From Alphaproteobacteria bacterium (GTDB lineage Bacteria > Pseudomonadota > Alphaproteobacteria > MPNO01): DNA of 64,000 nt. A program made the translations under genes and the position numbers. Positions 47,121-56,783 of the stretch are shown here, in pieces. Location: the NCBI GenBank assembly GCA_965248835.1, contig CBDFLJ010000002.1, positions 2,144,001-2,208,000 on the forward strand. The letters are read 5' to 3'. Each line of letters starts with the position of its first letter. Within the stretch, counting starts at the first letter, position 1. Under the pieces are notes generated by a model. The model was not told where the DNA came from and ran no database searches. It saw nothing but the letters and a program-made list of their open reading frames with translations.

Positions 47121-48509
47121 TTGTCTGACGAGCTGACAGGCCTCGCCTACCTGATCGCGGCGATCTGCTTCATCCTGGCGCTGCGCGGCCTGTCTTCTCC
47201 GGAAACCGCGCGGCGCGGCAACGCGATCGGCGTCGCCGGCATGGTGATCGCCATCCTGACCACGCTCGCGGACCCCAACGTGATCTCCTTCGAGATCATC
47301 GCCGCCGGAATCCTGATCGGCGGTGCGATCGGCACCGTGGTCGCGCTGCGCATCCGGATGACGGCCTTGCCCCAGCTCGTGGCCGCCTTCCACAGCCTTG
47401 TCGGGCTCGCCGCGGCAGCGGTGGCCACGGCCGCGCTCTATTCGCCGGAGTCCTACGGCATCGGTACGATCGGGTCGATCAAGACCGCGAGCCTGATCGA
47501 GATGTCGATCGGCACCGCGGTCGGCGCGGTCACCTTTTCCGGCTCGATCGTGGCCTTCGCCAAGCTGCAGGGGCTGGTCTCCGGCGCGCCGCTGATCTTT
47601 CGCGGCCAGCATCCGCTGAACGCCGCGCTCGGGGTCGTTCTGGTCGGGCTCGGCGTCTGGTTCTGCTCGACCGAGACCGTTGCGGCCTATTGGATGGTGC
47701 TGCTGCTGGCGTTTGCGCTCGGGTTCCTGATCATCATCCCGATCGGCGGGGCGGATATGCCGGTGGTGATCTCGATGCTCAACTCCTATTCGGGATGGGC
47801 GGCCTGCGGGATCGGCTTCACCCTGTCCAACACGCTGCTGATCATCACCGGTGCCCTGGTCGGCTCGTCCGGAGCGATCCTCAGCTACATCATGTGCAAG
47901 GGGATGAACCGGTCCTTTTTCAACGTGATCCTGGGCGGCTTCGGCATCGCCGGCGATACGCCGAGTGCCATGCACGCGGCCGACCGGGGCGTGAAGGCGG
48001 GCAGCGCCGAGGACGCGGCCTTCGTGATGAAGAATGCGTCCAAGGTGATCATCGTGCCCGGCTATGGGATGGCCGTCGCCCAGGCCCAGCACGCGCTGCG
48101 CGAGATGACCGACATGTTGAAGGACAAAGGCGTCGACATCGCCTTTGCGATCCATCCGGTCGCCGGCCGCATGCCGGGGCATATGAACGTGCTCCTGGCC
48201 GAGGCGAGTGTTCCCTACGACGAGGTCTTCGAGCTCGAGGAGATCAACAACGCGTTCGCGACCGCGGACGTTGCATACGTCATCGGCGCCAACGACGTCA
48301 CCAACCCGGCGGCCAAGACCGACCCGCAGAGCCCGATCTTCGGCATGCCGATCCTGGAGGTCGCCAAATCGAGCACGGTGCTGTTCGTCAAGCGCTCGCT
48401 CGCCCCGGGCTATGCCGGGGTCGACAACGAGCTGTTCTACAGAGACAACACCATGATGCTGTTCGACGACGCCAAGAAGATGACCGAGGAGATCGTCCAG
48501 GCGCTGTAG
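47121..48509 (+). CDS. pntB: NAD(P) transhydrogenase subunit beta
   Basis: FHSLVGLAA, IGGADMPVVISMLNSYSGW, HPVAGRMPGHMNVLLAEA and GANDVTNP motifs. Confidence 0.97.
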   Translation: MSDELTGLAYLIAAICFILALRGLSSPETARRGNAIGVAGMVIAILTTLADPNVISFEIIAAGILIGGAIGTVVALRIRMTALPQLVAAFHSLVGLAAAAVATAALYSPESYGIGTIGSIKTASLIEMSIGTAVGAVTFSGSIVAFAKLQGLVSGAPLIFRGQHPLNAALGVVLVGLGVWFCSTETVAAYWMVLLLAFALGFLIIIPIGGADMPVVISMLNSYSGWAACGIGFTLSNTLLIITGALVGSSGAILSYIMCKGMNRSFFNVILGGFGIAGDTPSAMHAADRGVKAGSAEDAAFVMKNASKVIIVPGYGMAVAQAQHALREMTDMLKDKGVDIAFAIHPVAGRMPGHMNVLLAEASVPYDEVFELEEINNAFATADVAYVIGANDVTNPAAKTDPQSPIFGMPILEVAKSSTVLFVKRSLAPGYAGVDNELFYRDNTMMLFDDAKKMTEEIVQAL

Positions 48510-48582
48510 GATATGCTTCGAACAGGCCGGTCCAGCGCCCGGTCCGGCGGGCCGTGCCGGGCTCTCACGCGGAGGCAGGGCG

Positions 48583-49605
48583 ATGTATCTGGAAAATTGC
48601 TGGTATGTGGCGGCCTGGGACCACGAGGTGGGCGCGGCACCGTTCGCCCGCCGACTCCTCGGCCGGCCGGTCGTCCTCTACCGCCGCCGCGACGGCAGCC
48701 CGGTGGCCCTGGAGGACAGGTGCTGCCACCGCAACCTGCCGCTTTCGATGGGCCGCATCCTCGGCGACAACATCCAATGCGGCTATCACGGACTGACCTT
48801 CGCGCCGGGCGGGGCCTGCATCGAGGTGCCGGGCCAGACGACGATCCCGCCGGGCGCGCAGGTGCGCAGCTATCCGGCGGTCGAGCGCCACCGTTGGATC
48901 TGGATCTGGCCCGGTGATCCGGCCCGTGCCGACCCCGCGCTGATCCCCGACCTGTTCTGGAACGACGGCCCCGAATGGGCGGTCACCGGCGATTATCATC
49001 ACGTCGAGGGTGACTACCGGCTGATGATCGACATCCAGCTCGATGCGACCCACGTCACCTATGTGCACCCCGATACGCTGGGCAGCGATTCGGTCCAGGC
49101 GACCCCGCCCAAAGTCTCGCCGAAGGATGGCCGCGTGATCATCGACCGCTGGCTTATCGGCGTGGAGCCGCCGCCAATCTGGGCGCTGGCGGGCGGGTTC
49201 ACCGGGCCGGTCGACCGCTGGATCCTTTCGACCTACGAGCCGCCGACCGGGTGCCTGTTCGACATCGGCGCGGCCGAGGCCGGCACCGGCGCACCCGAGG
49301 GCGACCGCAGCAGGGGCATCACCAACCGGACCTCCCATTTCGTCACGCCGGAGACCGGAAAGACATGCCACTATTTCTGGGTCTTCGCGCGCAACTACCG
49401 GATCGACGACGACGACCTGAGCGCGCGGATGAAGCCCGGCATCCACCAGACCTTCCAGGAAGACGTCGATTTGGTCCAGGTGCAGATGCGCGGCCTGGCC
49501 GGCCGACCTGCGCCCGACCAGGTCGACGTCAACGCGGACATCACGACCATCCAGGCCCGCCGCCTGCTCGACGGCCTGATCGCGGCCGAAGCCCGGGCGG
49601 CCTGA
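48583..49605 (+). CDS. Rieske non-heme iron oxygenase alpha subunit (VanA/demethylase-like)
   Basis: Rieske motif CCHR...CGYHG; mononuclear Fe ligands DATHVTYVH and FQED; TPET. Confidence 0.92.
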   Translation: MYLENCWYVAAWDHEVGAAPFARRLLGRPVVLYRRRDGSPVALEDRCCHRNLPLSMGRILGDNIQCGYHGLTFAPGGACIEVPGQTTIPPGAQVRSYPAVERHRWIWIWPGDPARADPALIPDLFWNDGPEWAVTGDYHHVEGDYRLMIDIQLDATHVTYVHPDTLGSDSVQATPPKVSPKDGRVIIDRWLIGVEPPPIWALAGGFTGPVDRWILSTYEPPTGCLFDIGAAEAGTGAPEGDRSRGITNRTSHFVTPETGKTCHYFWVFARNYRIDDDDLSARMKPGIHQTFQEDVDLVQVQMRGLAGRPAPDQVDVNADITTIQARRLLDGLIAAEARAA

Positions 49606-49668
49606 TCGATCCGTCCGACGAGGAGCGGATCGCGGCCGCCGGAACGGACCCGGTCGGGCCGCCCGCCG

Positions 49669-51948
49669 TCACGGCGTCTTGTTCACCAGGGCCTGAAGTC
49701 TGTCCGGTGCCAGCGGGGTCTCCGTCGGCTGGACGCCCAACGCGCCGAGCGCATGGGCGAGCGCGTTGCCGATGGCACCGCCGACCGCGACCAGCCCGCC
49801 CTCGCCCGCGCCCTTGAACCCCAGCGGGTTGGATGCCGCCGGATGGGTCTGGAGCGCGATTGATACGATGCGCGGCACCGTGGTCGAGATCGGCATCAGG
49901 TAGTCGGCGAGCGAGCCGGTCAGCAACTGGCCGTCGCCGTCGTGGATGATCCGGTCGAGCAGCGCGCCGCCGATGCCCTGGACGACCGCGCCGATGGTCT
50001 GGCCTTCTGCGAGCATCGGGTTGAGCACCCGGCCGAGTTCCTCGACCACCCAGTAGGCCTCTACGGCGACCTCTCCGGTTTCGGCGTCGACGGCGACATG
50101 GGCGGCGTGCGCCCCGAATCCCCAGGCGCTTTGTCCGGCGTTGTCGAACCTTCCGTCCGCCTCCAGGCTCTGGCCGCGCGAGGCGGCGAATGCGGCCAGC
50201 GTTGCGAGATCCAACCCGCCGACTTCGCCGTCGCGGTATTCGAGCTTTGCCGGATCCGTGTTGAGCCGAAGGGCCGCGATCTCCCGGCAGCGCGCGCGAA
50301 AAGCCTCGGCGGCCAATCCGACGGCGTTGCCGCCCATGACCGTGCTGCGGCTGTGGTAGGTGCCGCTGCCGTCAGGCAGCAGGCTGGTGGTGCCGTGCCG
50401 GACGGTTATCGAGGCGAGGTCGACCTCGAGCGTCTCGGCTGCGATCTGCGCCATCCCGGTCGCGAGCCCCTGGCCGAGCGCGGACGAGCCGACGCGCACT
50501 TCGATGCCGCCGTCGTCGTGGGCGATGATTCGCGCGTTCTCCGGCGGGCCGGCGGCACTGCTTTCGACAAAGCAGGCAAGCCCGAGCCCGTGCCGGCGCC
50601 CCTGCTCGTCGGTCCAGCCCTGGCGCCGCGGCCAGGTGTCGTAGTCGACCGCGCCCAGCATCCGCGCGAAGACCGCCGGGTAGTCGCCTTCGGCATACGC
50701 GGTGTCGGTATCGCCGGGGATCAGCTCGCCGATCGCATAGGGCAGCGCGTCCGGGCGCAACAGATTGCGCAGCCGGATCTCGGCCGGATCGATGCCGAGG
50801 TCGCCGGCCATCAGATCGATCATGCGCTCGCGAAAGAAGTTGGCCTCGAACCGCCCCGGCCCGCGGTAGGTGCCGGTCGGCGTCTTGTTGGTGATCGCCA
50901 CCGCCACCGAAAGCGCGACGTTGTCGATCGCATAGGGGCCGGGCAGGAACTGGCCGGCACGGGTCGGCACCACCGCGCCGTTGGTCCGGACATAGGCGCC
51001 GATGTCGGCGAGGAGCGCTCCGCGCAGTCCGAGGATCCGGCCCTGTGCATCGGCGGCGATCTCCAGCGTGCATTCGATATCGCGGGCTTGGTTGGTGGCC
51101 ATCAGATGCTCGCGCCGATCCTCGATCCACTTGACCGGCCGGCCGGCCCGGCGGCTGGCGATCGGCACCAGGTAATCTTCGGGATAGAGCTCGCCGCGGA
51201 CCCCGAACCCGCCTCCGACATCGAGCTCGATCAGCTCGACGGCATCGCGCGCCAGCCCGAACGCCGCGGCAAGCACACCCCGGTTGTAATAGGTGGTCTT
51301 GGCCGCGCCCCACAGTTTCAAGCCGCCGCCGCCGGGATCGAAGTCGGCGACCAGCCCGCGGGTCTCAACCGGTGAGGCCGCCTGGCGGTGGGTGCGAAAA
51401 GTCTCGGTCCGGCGATAGGCCGCCCCTGCGAACGCCGCGTTCGCGTCGCCCCGGCCGACCTCATAGCGGATCGCGAAGTTCTCGCCGGCCCGTTCATGCA
51501 CCAGCGATCGGGCCGCGGCGGCCTCCTCGGGACCGGCGATCACCGGCAGCGCTGCGTATTCGACCGCGATCAGCGCCAGCGCGTCTTCGGCGCGATAACG
51601 GTCGGTCGCGACCACCACGGCCACCGGCTCGCCGACGAAACGGACCTTTTCGACCGCGAGCGGGGGTTGCAGGAAGCGGGCGAATTCCGGCATCGCAACC
51701 AGTCGGACGGGGATCTCGGGAATGGGCCGGTCGAGGTCGGCGGCGCAGAAGACGTCCAGCACGCCCGGCGCGGCACGCGCGGCGGCGAGATCGATCGCGG
51801 TAATCCGCGCGTGTGCCAGCGGGCTGCGCAGGATCGCCATCGCGGCCATGCCGGGAAGGTTGAGATCGTCGACGAAGCACGCGCGGCCGCGAAGCAGCCT
51901 CGGATCTTCGAGCCGCTTGACCGGCCGTCCGATCATGCCGTCCGGCAC
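49669..51948 (-). CDS. Xanthine dehydrogenase/CoxL family molybdopterin-binding subunit
   Basis: GTG start with GGAGG RBS; RLEDPRLLRG, DVGGGFGVRG, YRGPGR, GQG and GFKGAGE motifs. Confidence 0.92.
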   Translation of the reverse strand: MPDGMIGRPVKRLEDPRLLRGRACFVDDLNLPGMAAMAILRSPLAHARITAIDLAAARAAPGVLDVFCAADLDRPIPEIPVRLVAMPEFARFLQPPLAVEKVRFVGEPVAVVVATDRYRAEDALALIAVEYAALPVIAGPEEAAAARSLVHERAGENFAIRYEVGRGDANAAFAGAAYRRTETFRTHRQAASPVETRGLVADFDPGGGGLKLWGAAKTTYYNRGVLAAAFGLARDAVELIELDVGGGFGVRGELYPEDYLVPIASRRAGRPVKWIEDRREHLMATNQARDIECTLEIAADAQGRILGLRGALLADIGAYVRTNGAVVPTRAGQFLPGPYAIDNVALSVAVAITNKTPTGTYRGPGRFEANFFRERMIDLMAGDLGIDPAEIRLRNLLRPDALPYAIGELIPGDTDTAYAEGDYPAVFARMLGAVDYDTWPRRQGWTDEQGRRHGLGLACFVESSAAGPPENARIIAHDDGGIEVRVGSSALGQGLATGMAQIAAETLEVDLASITVRHGTTSLLPDGSGTYHSRSTVMGGNAVGLAAEAFRARCREIAALRLNTDPAKLEYRDGEVGGLDLATLAAFAASRGQSLEADGRFDNAGQSAWGFGAHAAHVAVDAETGEVAVEAYWVVEELGRVLNPMLAEGQTIGAVVQGIGGALLDRIIHDGDGQLLTGSLADYLMPISTTVPRIVSIALQTHPAASNPLGFKGAGEGGLVAVGGAIGNALAHALGALGVQPTETPLAPDRLQALVNKTP

Positions 51949-52047
51949 CGGGCCGTCCTCCGTTGAATCGCCGCCATAGAGCGCTAGAGTAGGAACCGGC
52001 AGGCGTGCACGCAAACCGGCGCGCGGGACAGATCGGAGGGACGGCGC

Positions 52048-52857
52048 ATGGATCTACAGCTCGACGGAAAGATCGTCGCGATTACCGGCGGCAGCATGGG
52101 GATCGGTAAGGCGATCGCGCTCAGCATGGCACGCGAGGGCTGCAGGATCGCGTTGTGCGCGCGCGGCAAGGAGGGACTCGACGCGGCCGCCGGGGAGATC
52201 ACCGAGGCGACCGGCCAGGAGGTGTTCTCGATCACCGCCGACCTGACCAGGGATGCCGATGCCCAGAAGTTCATCGATGCGGCGGCCGCGCATTTCGGGC
52301 GCATCGACATCCTGGTCAACAACGCCGGTGCCGCGCCTGGCGGCGTGCTCGAAGGCCTGTCCGAGGACGACTGGGAGGCCGCGCTGCAGCTCAAATTCAT
52401 GGGCTATGTCCGCTGCACCCGCCATGTCATCCCCCATATGCGCAAGCAGGGCGGCGGGCGGATCGTCAACCTGATCGGCAATGACGGCATCAAGCACTCC
52501 TACTGGGAGATCGCGCCGGGTGCCGCCAACGCGGCAGGCCAGAACTTCACCCTGTCGATCGCCGCCCAGTACGCCCGGGAGAACATCACCCTGGTCGCGG
52601 TCAATCCCGGCCCGGTGAGGACCGAGCGCTGGGACGGGCTGGTCCGCGCGATGTCGCGCGACATGAAGATCCCCTACGAGAAGGCCGACACGCTGGCGCC
52701 GAAGAGTATTCCGCTAGGCCGGATTGCCGAGCCCGAGGAAGTCGCCAACCTGGTCGCCTATCTCGCCTCGCCGCTCGCCCATTTCGTCAACGGCACGATG
52801 ATCGAGATCGACGGCGGCCAGCAGAAGCCGCTCATGGACGCCTCGCGCGACGGCTGA
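52048..52857 (+). CDS. Atypical SDR family protein lacking YxxxK
   Basis: TGGSMGIG, DILVNNAG and VNPGPVRT motifs; the catalytic position reads PGAAN. Confidence 0.88.
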   Translation: MDLQLDGKIVAITGGSMGIGKAIALSMAREGCRIALCARGKEGLDAAAGEITEATGQEVFSITADLTRDADAQKFIDAAAAHFGRIDILVNNAGAAPGGVLEGLSEDDWEAALQLKFMGYVRCTRHVIPHMRKQGGGRIVNLIGNDGIKHSYWEIAPGAANAAGQNFTLSIAAQYARENITLVAVNPGPVRTERWDGLVRAMSRDMKIPYEKADTLAPKSIPLGRIAEPEEVANLVAYLASPLAHFVNGTMIEIDGGQQKPLMDASRDG

Positions 52858-52926
52858 GCCCCTGCAGAGGTCGAACACGCCGTCGCTCGCCGAGGCCGCC
52901 GGACCGTTCGCCTCGGCGGGCGGGTC

Positions 52927-53904
52927 TCACTCGAAGAGATGACACACGACCTTGTGCTCCGGGTTGAGCGCGCGCTCCCGCGGCGGCGAAGTAACACAGA
53001 TGTCGCCGATCTTCTTGGGGCAACGGCTGTGGAACCGGCAGCCGCGCGGGAGATTGACCGGGCTCGGAATTTCACCTTCGAGCACGATTTCCCGGTGATC
53101 GGCCGCCGGCTTCAGCATTCGTTCGGGCATGCTTGCGATCAAGGCTTCGGTATAGGGATGGCTCGCCTCCTCGAAGAGCCGGCTGGTCCGGGCCTGCTCG
53201 ATGATCGCGCCGAGATACATCACCGCGACTTCGTCGCAGACGTATTCGATCGCGCTCAAATCGTGCGAAACGATGAGCAGCGTAAGACCGCTCTCGCGCT
53301 GGACGTCCTGCATCAGGTTGAGGATCTGGGCGCGGGCCGAGGCGTCGAGAACCGAGACCGGCTCGTCGCAGAAAATGAACTGCGGCTGGACGGCCAAGGC
53401 GGCAGCCAACGCCACCCTTTGCCGCACACCGCCGCTCAATTCATGCGGATAGGCGTCGGCGACCGCGCCCTCCAGGCCGACTTGAGCGAGCAGTCCCCGA
53501 ACCCGCCCCGGCACTCCCCGCGACTCGACCAGGCGATGGATGCGCAGCGGCAGCGCCAGCGTTTGATAAACGGTCTTTCGCGGATTGAGAGACAGAAAGG
53601 GGTCCTGAAACAGCATCTGGACCTCTTTTCGGAACGCGAGTTCCTGGCCACGGCTCATCCGCGCCACGGACCGATCGCGAAACCTTATGCTGCCCGAGGA
53701 CGGTTCGAGCAGCTTGACCAGCATCCGGCCGAGCGTCGTCTTGCCGCTCCCCGACTCTCCGACCAGACCCATGATCCGGTTGCCCGAGATCTCCATGCTC
53801 ACGCGATCGACCGCGGTCAACCACCCGGAGACCCGCCGCAGGGAACCCGAACGCACCGGAAAGACGCGCGAGGCGCTGTCAACCTTGAACAGGGTGTCTG
53901 CCAT
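52927..53904 (-). CDS. Peptide/nickel ABC transporter ATPase (DppF/OppF-like)
   Basis: GESGSGKT, FQDP, LSGGVRQR, CDEP, HPYT and the C-terminal Cys cluster CRFHSRC...C...C. Confidence 0.93.
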   Translation of the reverse strand: MADTLFKVDSASRVFPVRSGSLRRVSGWLTAVDRVSMEISGNRIMGLVGESGSGKTTLGRMLVKLLEPSSGSIRFRDRSVARMSRGQELAFRKEVQMLFQDPFLSLNPRKTVYQTLALPLRIHRLVESRGVPGRVRGLLAQVGLEGAVADAYPHELSGGVRQRVALAAALAVQPQFIFCDEPVSVLDASARAQILNLMQDVQRESGLTLLIVSHDLSAIEYVCDEVAVMYLGAIIEQARTSRLFEEASHPYTEALIASMPERMLKPAADHREIVLEGEIPSPVNLPRGCRFHSRCPKKIGDICVTSPPRERALNPEHKVVCHLFE

Positions 53905-54889
53905 CGCCTCGTTCTTCGTCGGCCAGGACGCAACGCACCTGATGGTCGGCCGCGCGCCGTCGCATCGAGATCGGCCTCTCTCGGCAGCGCCGCTCGACCC
54001 GGGCGCATCGTGCCGCGAACAGGCAGGCCGCGATTTCTTCATAGACCTTCGGCTGCGCCCCCTGGATAGGATCCAGCTTCTTTCCCCGGGCAATCTCCTT
54101 GGACATCCCCACCAGCGCCTTCGTATAGGGGTGGATAGGCCGGTGGATCACGTCTTCCACGGGGCCGATCTCCACCACCTGCCCGGCATAGACGATCGCC
54201 AAACGATTGCACAGGCGGGCGACGACTCCGAGGTTGTGGGAGATCCAGACCAGGGTCAGTCCGAACGCTTCGCGGAGCCTCTCGATCAAAGCGACGATCT
54301 GGCTCTGGATGGTGACGTCCAGCGCGCTGGTAGGGCTGTCGGCGATCAGGATCTCGGGGTTGCAGCTCAGCGCGATCGCGATCACCGCACGTTGCTGCAT
54401 GCCGCCGCTGAACTGATGCGGATAGGCGTCGCAGGCGGACGCCGGGTCGGGAATCCCGACCAGCCCCAGGAGCTCGACCGCGCGGCGCCGGGCTTCCGCC
54501 GCCGAAACCGGTTCGTGAGCCCGGATCGTCTCGGCAATCTGGGCGCCGATCCGGTAGCACGGATCGAGGCTGGCGCCGGGGTTCTCGAACACGTAGCCGA
54601 TACGGCTGCCGATGACCGCCCCGGCCGCTGCGCCGTCCAGCAGGTCGGCGCCCCGGTAGAGGACCCGACCGCCGACGATCTGGCCGTAAGGCGGCGGCGG
54701 ATGGCCGATCATCGACAGCGCCAGCATGGTCTTGCCGGAACCGGACTCCCCGACGATGCCCAGCGCTTCCCCCTGGCGCACGTCGAAGGAGATCCCGTTG
54801 ACGGCGCGCAGCGTCCAGTCGGGCGTCTTGATGTGCATGTGCAGATCTTCGACCCGGAGAATGGGGTCGCTCGGCGGTGCGGCCTCCAT
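53879..54889 (-). CDS. Peptide/nickel ABC transporter ATPase (DppD/OppD-like) with degenerate catalytic motifs
   Basis: GESGSGKT and FSGGMQQR are present, but Walker B reads LIADSP and the Q-loop reads VFENP. Confidence 0.92.
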   Translation of the reverse strand: MEAAPPSDPILRVEDLHMHIKTPDWTLRAVNGISFDVRQGEALGIVGESGSGKTMLALSMIGHPPPPYGQIVGGRVLYRGADLLDGAAAGAVIGSRIGYVFENPGASLDPCYRIGAQIAETIRAHEPVSAAEARRRAVELLGLVGIPDPASACDAYPHQFSGGMQQRAVIAIALSCNPEILIADSPTSALDVTIQSQIVALIERLREAFGLTLVWISHNLGVVARLCNRLAIVYAGQVVEIGPVEDVIHRPIHPYTKALVGMSKEIARGKKLDPIQGAQPKVYEEIAACLFAARCARVERRCRERPISMRRRAADHQVRCVLADEERGDGRHPVQG

Positions 54890-55765
54890 TCAAGCCTCCC
54901 GCATGCCATCGCCGGGGCGCGAACGGATCGTCCGGGGATCGAGCAGATCCTGGAGTCCGTCGCCGAGCAGGTTCAGGGACACCGAGAGCACCAGCAGGAA
55001 CAGGCCCGGGATCGTCGGCACGTGCGGCGCGACTTGAATGACCTTCTGGCCCTCGGCGATCATGATTCCCCATTCCGGCGTCGGGGGCTCGATGGCGAGG
55101 CCGAGATAGCTCAGGCCGGCCGAGAAGATGATGAAAATCGGCATCACGGACACCGCAAAGACGACCAGCGACCCGAAGATGTTGGGCAGGACTTCCGACC
55201 ACAGGATCATCCAGGGTCCCGCTCCGCGGACCCTGGCGGCTTCGACGAAGGTCAGCGTGATCGTCGAGCGCGCCGCCGCATGCGCCGCCCGAATGACGTA
55301 GGGGACGACGACGATGGCCATCGCGACCATCGCGTTGAACATGCCCTTGCCCAGAACCTGCGCCGCCAGGATCGCCAGCAGGACCAGCGGGAAGGAGAAC
55401 AGGACCTCCGTCAGACGGAGAACGATCCAATCGTACCAGCCGCCGAAATAGGCGGCGGTCATGCCGAGGAAGGTCCCGACGACCATGGCGGCGAGAACCG
55501 GCACAGTGCCCAGAAGCAGCGTGATCCGGCCGCCCCAGATGAGCCGGCTCAGGATATCGCGCCCTGTCTGATCGGTGCCGAGGATGTGACCCGGAGTCCC
55601 GGGCGGCTTGTTTCGCAAGCCCGAGAAGATTTCGATCGGGTCATAGGGGCTGAGCAGCGGGGCGAACATCGAGACGATCACCAGAAACAGGACGACGGCG
55701 CCGCCCGTCACTATGCGCTTGTCGCCGGTAATGCTTCGATACAGCCGTTCCAACCGGCCGCTCAT
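54890..55765 (-). CDS. Peptide ABC transporter permease (DppC-like)
   Basis: HILGTDQTGRDILSRL, FVEAARVRGA (EAA motif) and PPTPEWG. Confidence 0.93.
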   Translation of the reverse strand: MSGRLERLYRSITGDKRIVTGGAVVLFLVIVSMFAPLLSPYDPIEIFSGLRNKPPGTPGHILGTDQTGRDILSRLIWGGRITLLLGTVPVLAAMVVGTFLGMTAAYFGGWYDWIVLRLTEVLFSFPLVLLAILAAQVLGKGMFNAMVAMAIVVVPYVIRAAHAAARSTITLTFVEAARVRGAGPWMILWSEVLPNIFGSLVVFAVSVMPIFIIFSAGLSYLGLAIEPPTPEWGIMIAEGQKVIQVAPHVPTIPGLFLLVLSVSLNLLGDGLQDLLDPRTIRSRPGDGMREA

Positions 55766-56712
55766 TGCAAGACGATTCTTGGATCGAACAGCGGGCGAAG
55801 CACGTCGACGATGATGTTGAACAGCAAAAACAGGATGCAGACGAACAGAACGGCGCCCTGGACGACGGTGTAGTCCTGGGCGGTCACGGCGGTGTAGATC
55901 TGGAGGCCGAGGCCGGGCCAGTTGAAGACGACCTCCGAGAAGATCGCCGCCGTCAGCAGGAACCCGGCCTGCATGCCGGTGACGTTCAGAATGGACGGCA
56001 TGGCGTTGCGGATGACGTGGCGCGCGATATGGCGGCGCGACAGACCGCGCGCGTAGAGCGCGTTCACGAACGGCAGGCGCGTGACCTCGATCACCGCGGT
56101 ACGGCACATCCTGACCAGCATCCCCGCCGGCAGAACGGCGGTCGCGATGGCCGGAAGCGTCAGGTGCCAGAGCACGTCGATCACCCCGCCTCCGTCGCCG
56201 CGCTGGGAAACGATGCCCGAGGCCGGGAACAGACCGAGATTGATGGCGAGCAAAATGATTAGAACCATGCCGAACCAGAACGCCGGCAGGCTGATGCCGG
56301 CCAGAGCGAAGACCAGCGATCCGCGATCGAGCCAACCGTTGGGGTGGAGGCCCGAAGCGATGCCCAGACTCCAACCGACGACGATGGCAAGGACCATGCT
56401 GCCGGCGACCAGCAGCAGCGAGTTGACCAGCTTGATCAGCAACAGCTCGGTGACCGGCACGTGCAGCTGCATCGACCGCCCGAGATCGCCGTGGACCGCG
56501 CGCACAGCCCATTTGCCGTACTGGACGACCAACGGCCGATCGAGACCGTAGCTCTGGCGGATCTGCTCTCGCTGTTTCTCGGTCGCGAAGGGCCCGGCCA
56601 GATGAACCACCGGATCGCCGGGCACGAGGCGCATGGCCAAAAACACGATCACCGACACGCCGAAGAGCAGCAGGACGAAATATGTCGTGCGTTTAAGCGC
56701 GTAGGTAAGCAA
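55762..56712 (-). CDS. Peptide ABC transporter permease (DppB-like)
   Basis: TTG start; LVPGDP, GLDRPLVVQY, GDLGRS and EVVFNWPGLG motifs. Confidence 0.93.
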   Translation of the reverse strand: MLTYALKRTTYFVLLLFGVSVIVFLAMRLVPGDPVVHLAGPFATEKQREQIRQSYGLDRPLVVQYGKWAVRAVHGDLGRSMQLHVPVTELLLIKLVNSLLLVAGSMVLAIVVGWSLGIASGLHPNGWLDRGSLVFALAGISLPAFWFGMVLIILLAINLGLFPASGIVSQRGDGGGVIDVLWHLTLPAIATAVLPAGMLVRMCRTAVIEVTRLPFVNALYARGLSRRHIARHVIRNAMPSILNVTGMQAGFLLTAAIFSEVVFNWPGLGLQIYTAVTAQDYTVVQGAVLFVCILFLLFNIIVDVLRPLFDPRIVLQ

Positions 56713-56724
56713 GTGTTCGACTCA

Positions 56725-56763
56725 CGCCGGGCGGCGCCGGGCCGCTCGGCCGGCGCCCCGGCG
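56725..56763 (-). other. GC-rich stem-loop between the SBP and permease genes (probable mRNA stabiliser or attenuator)
   Basis: Nested inverted repeats CGCCGG/CCGGCG and GGCGCCGG/CCGGCGCC; no U-tract. Confidence 0.45.
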
Positions 56764-56783
56764 CCGTTCCCGGGTCATCCGCT

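Noticed and set aside
49669-51948. Aerobic CO dehydrogenase (form I CoxL)
   Set aside because: The active-site loop is TYRGPGR, not AYxCSFR, and coxM/coxS and accessory genes are absent.
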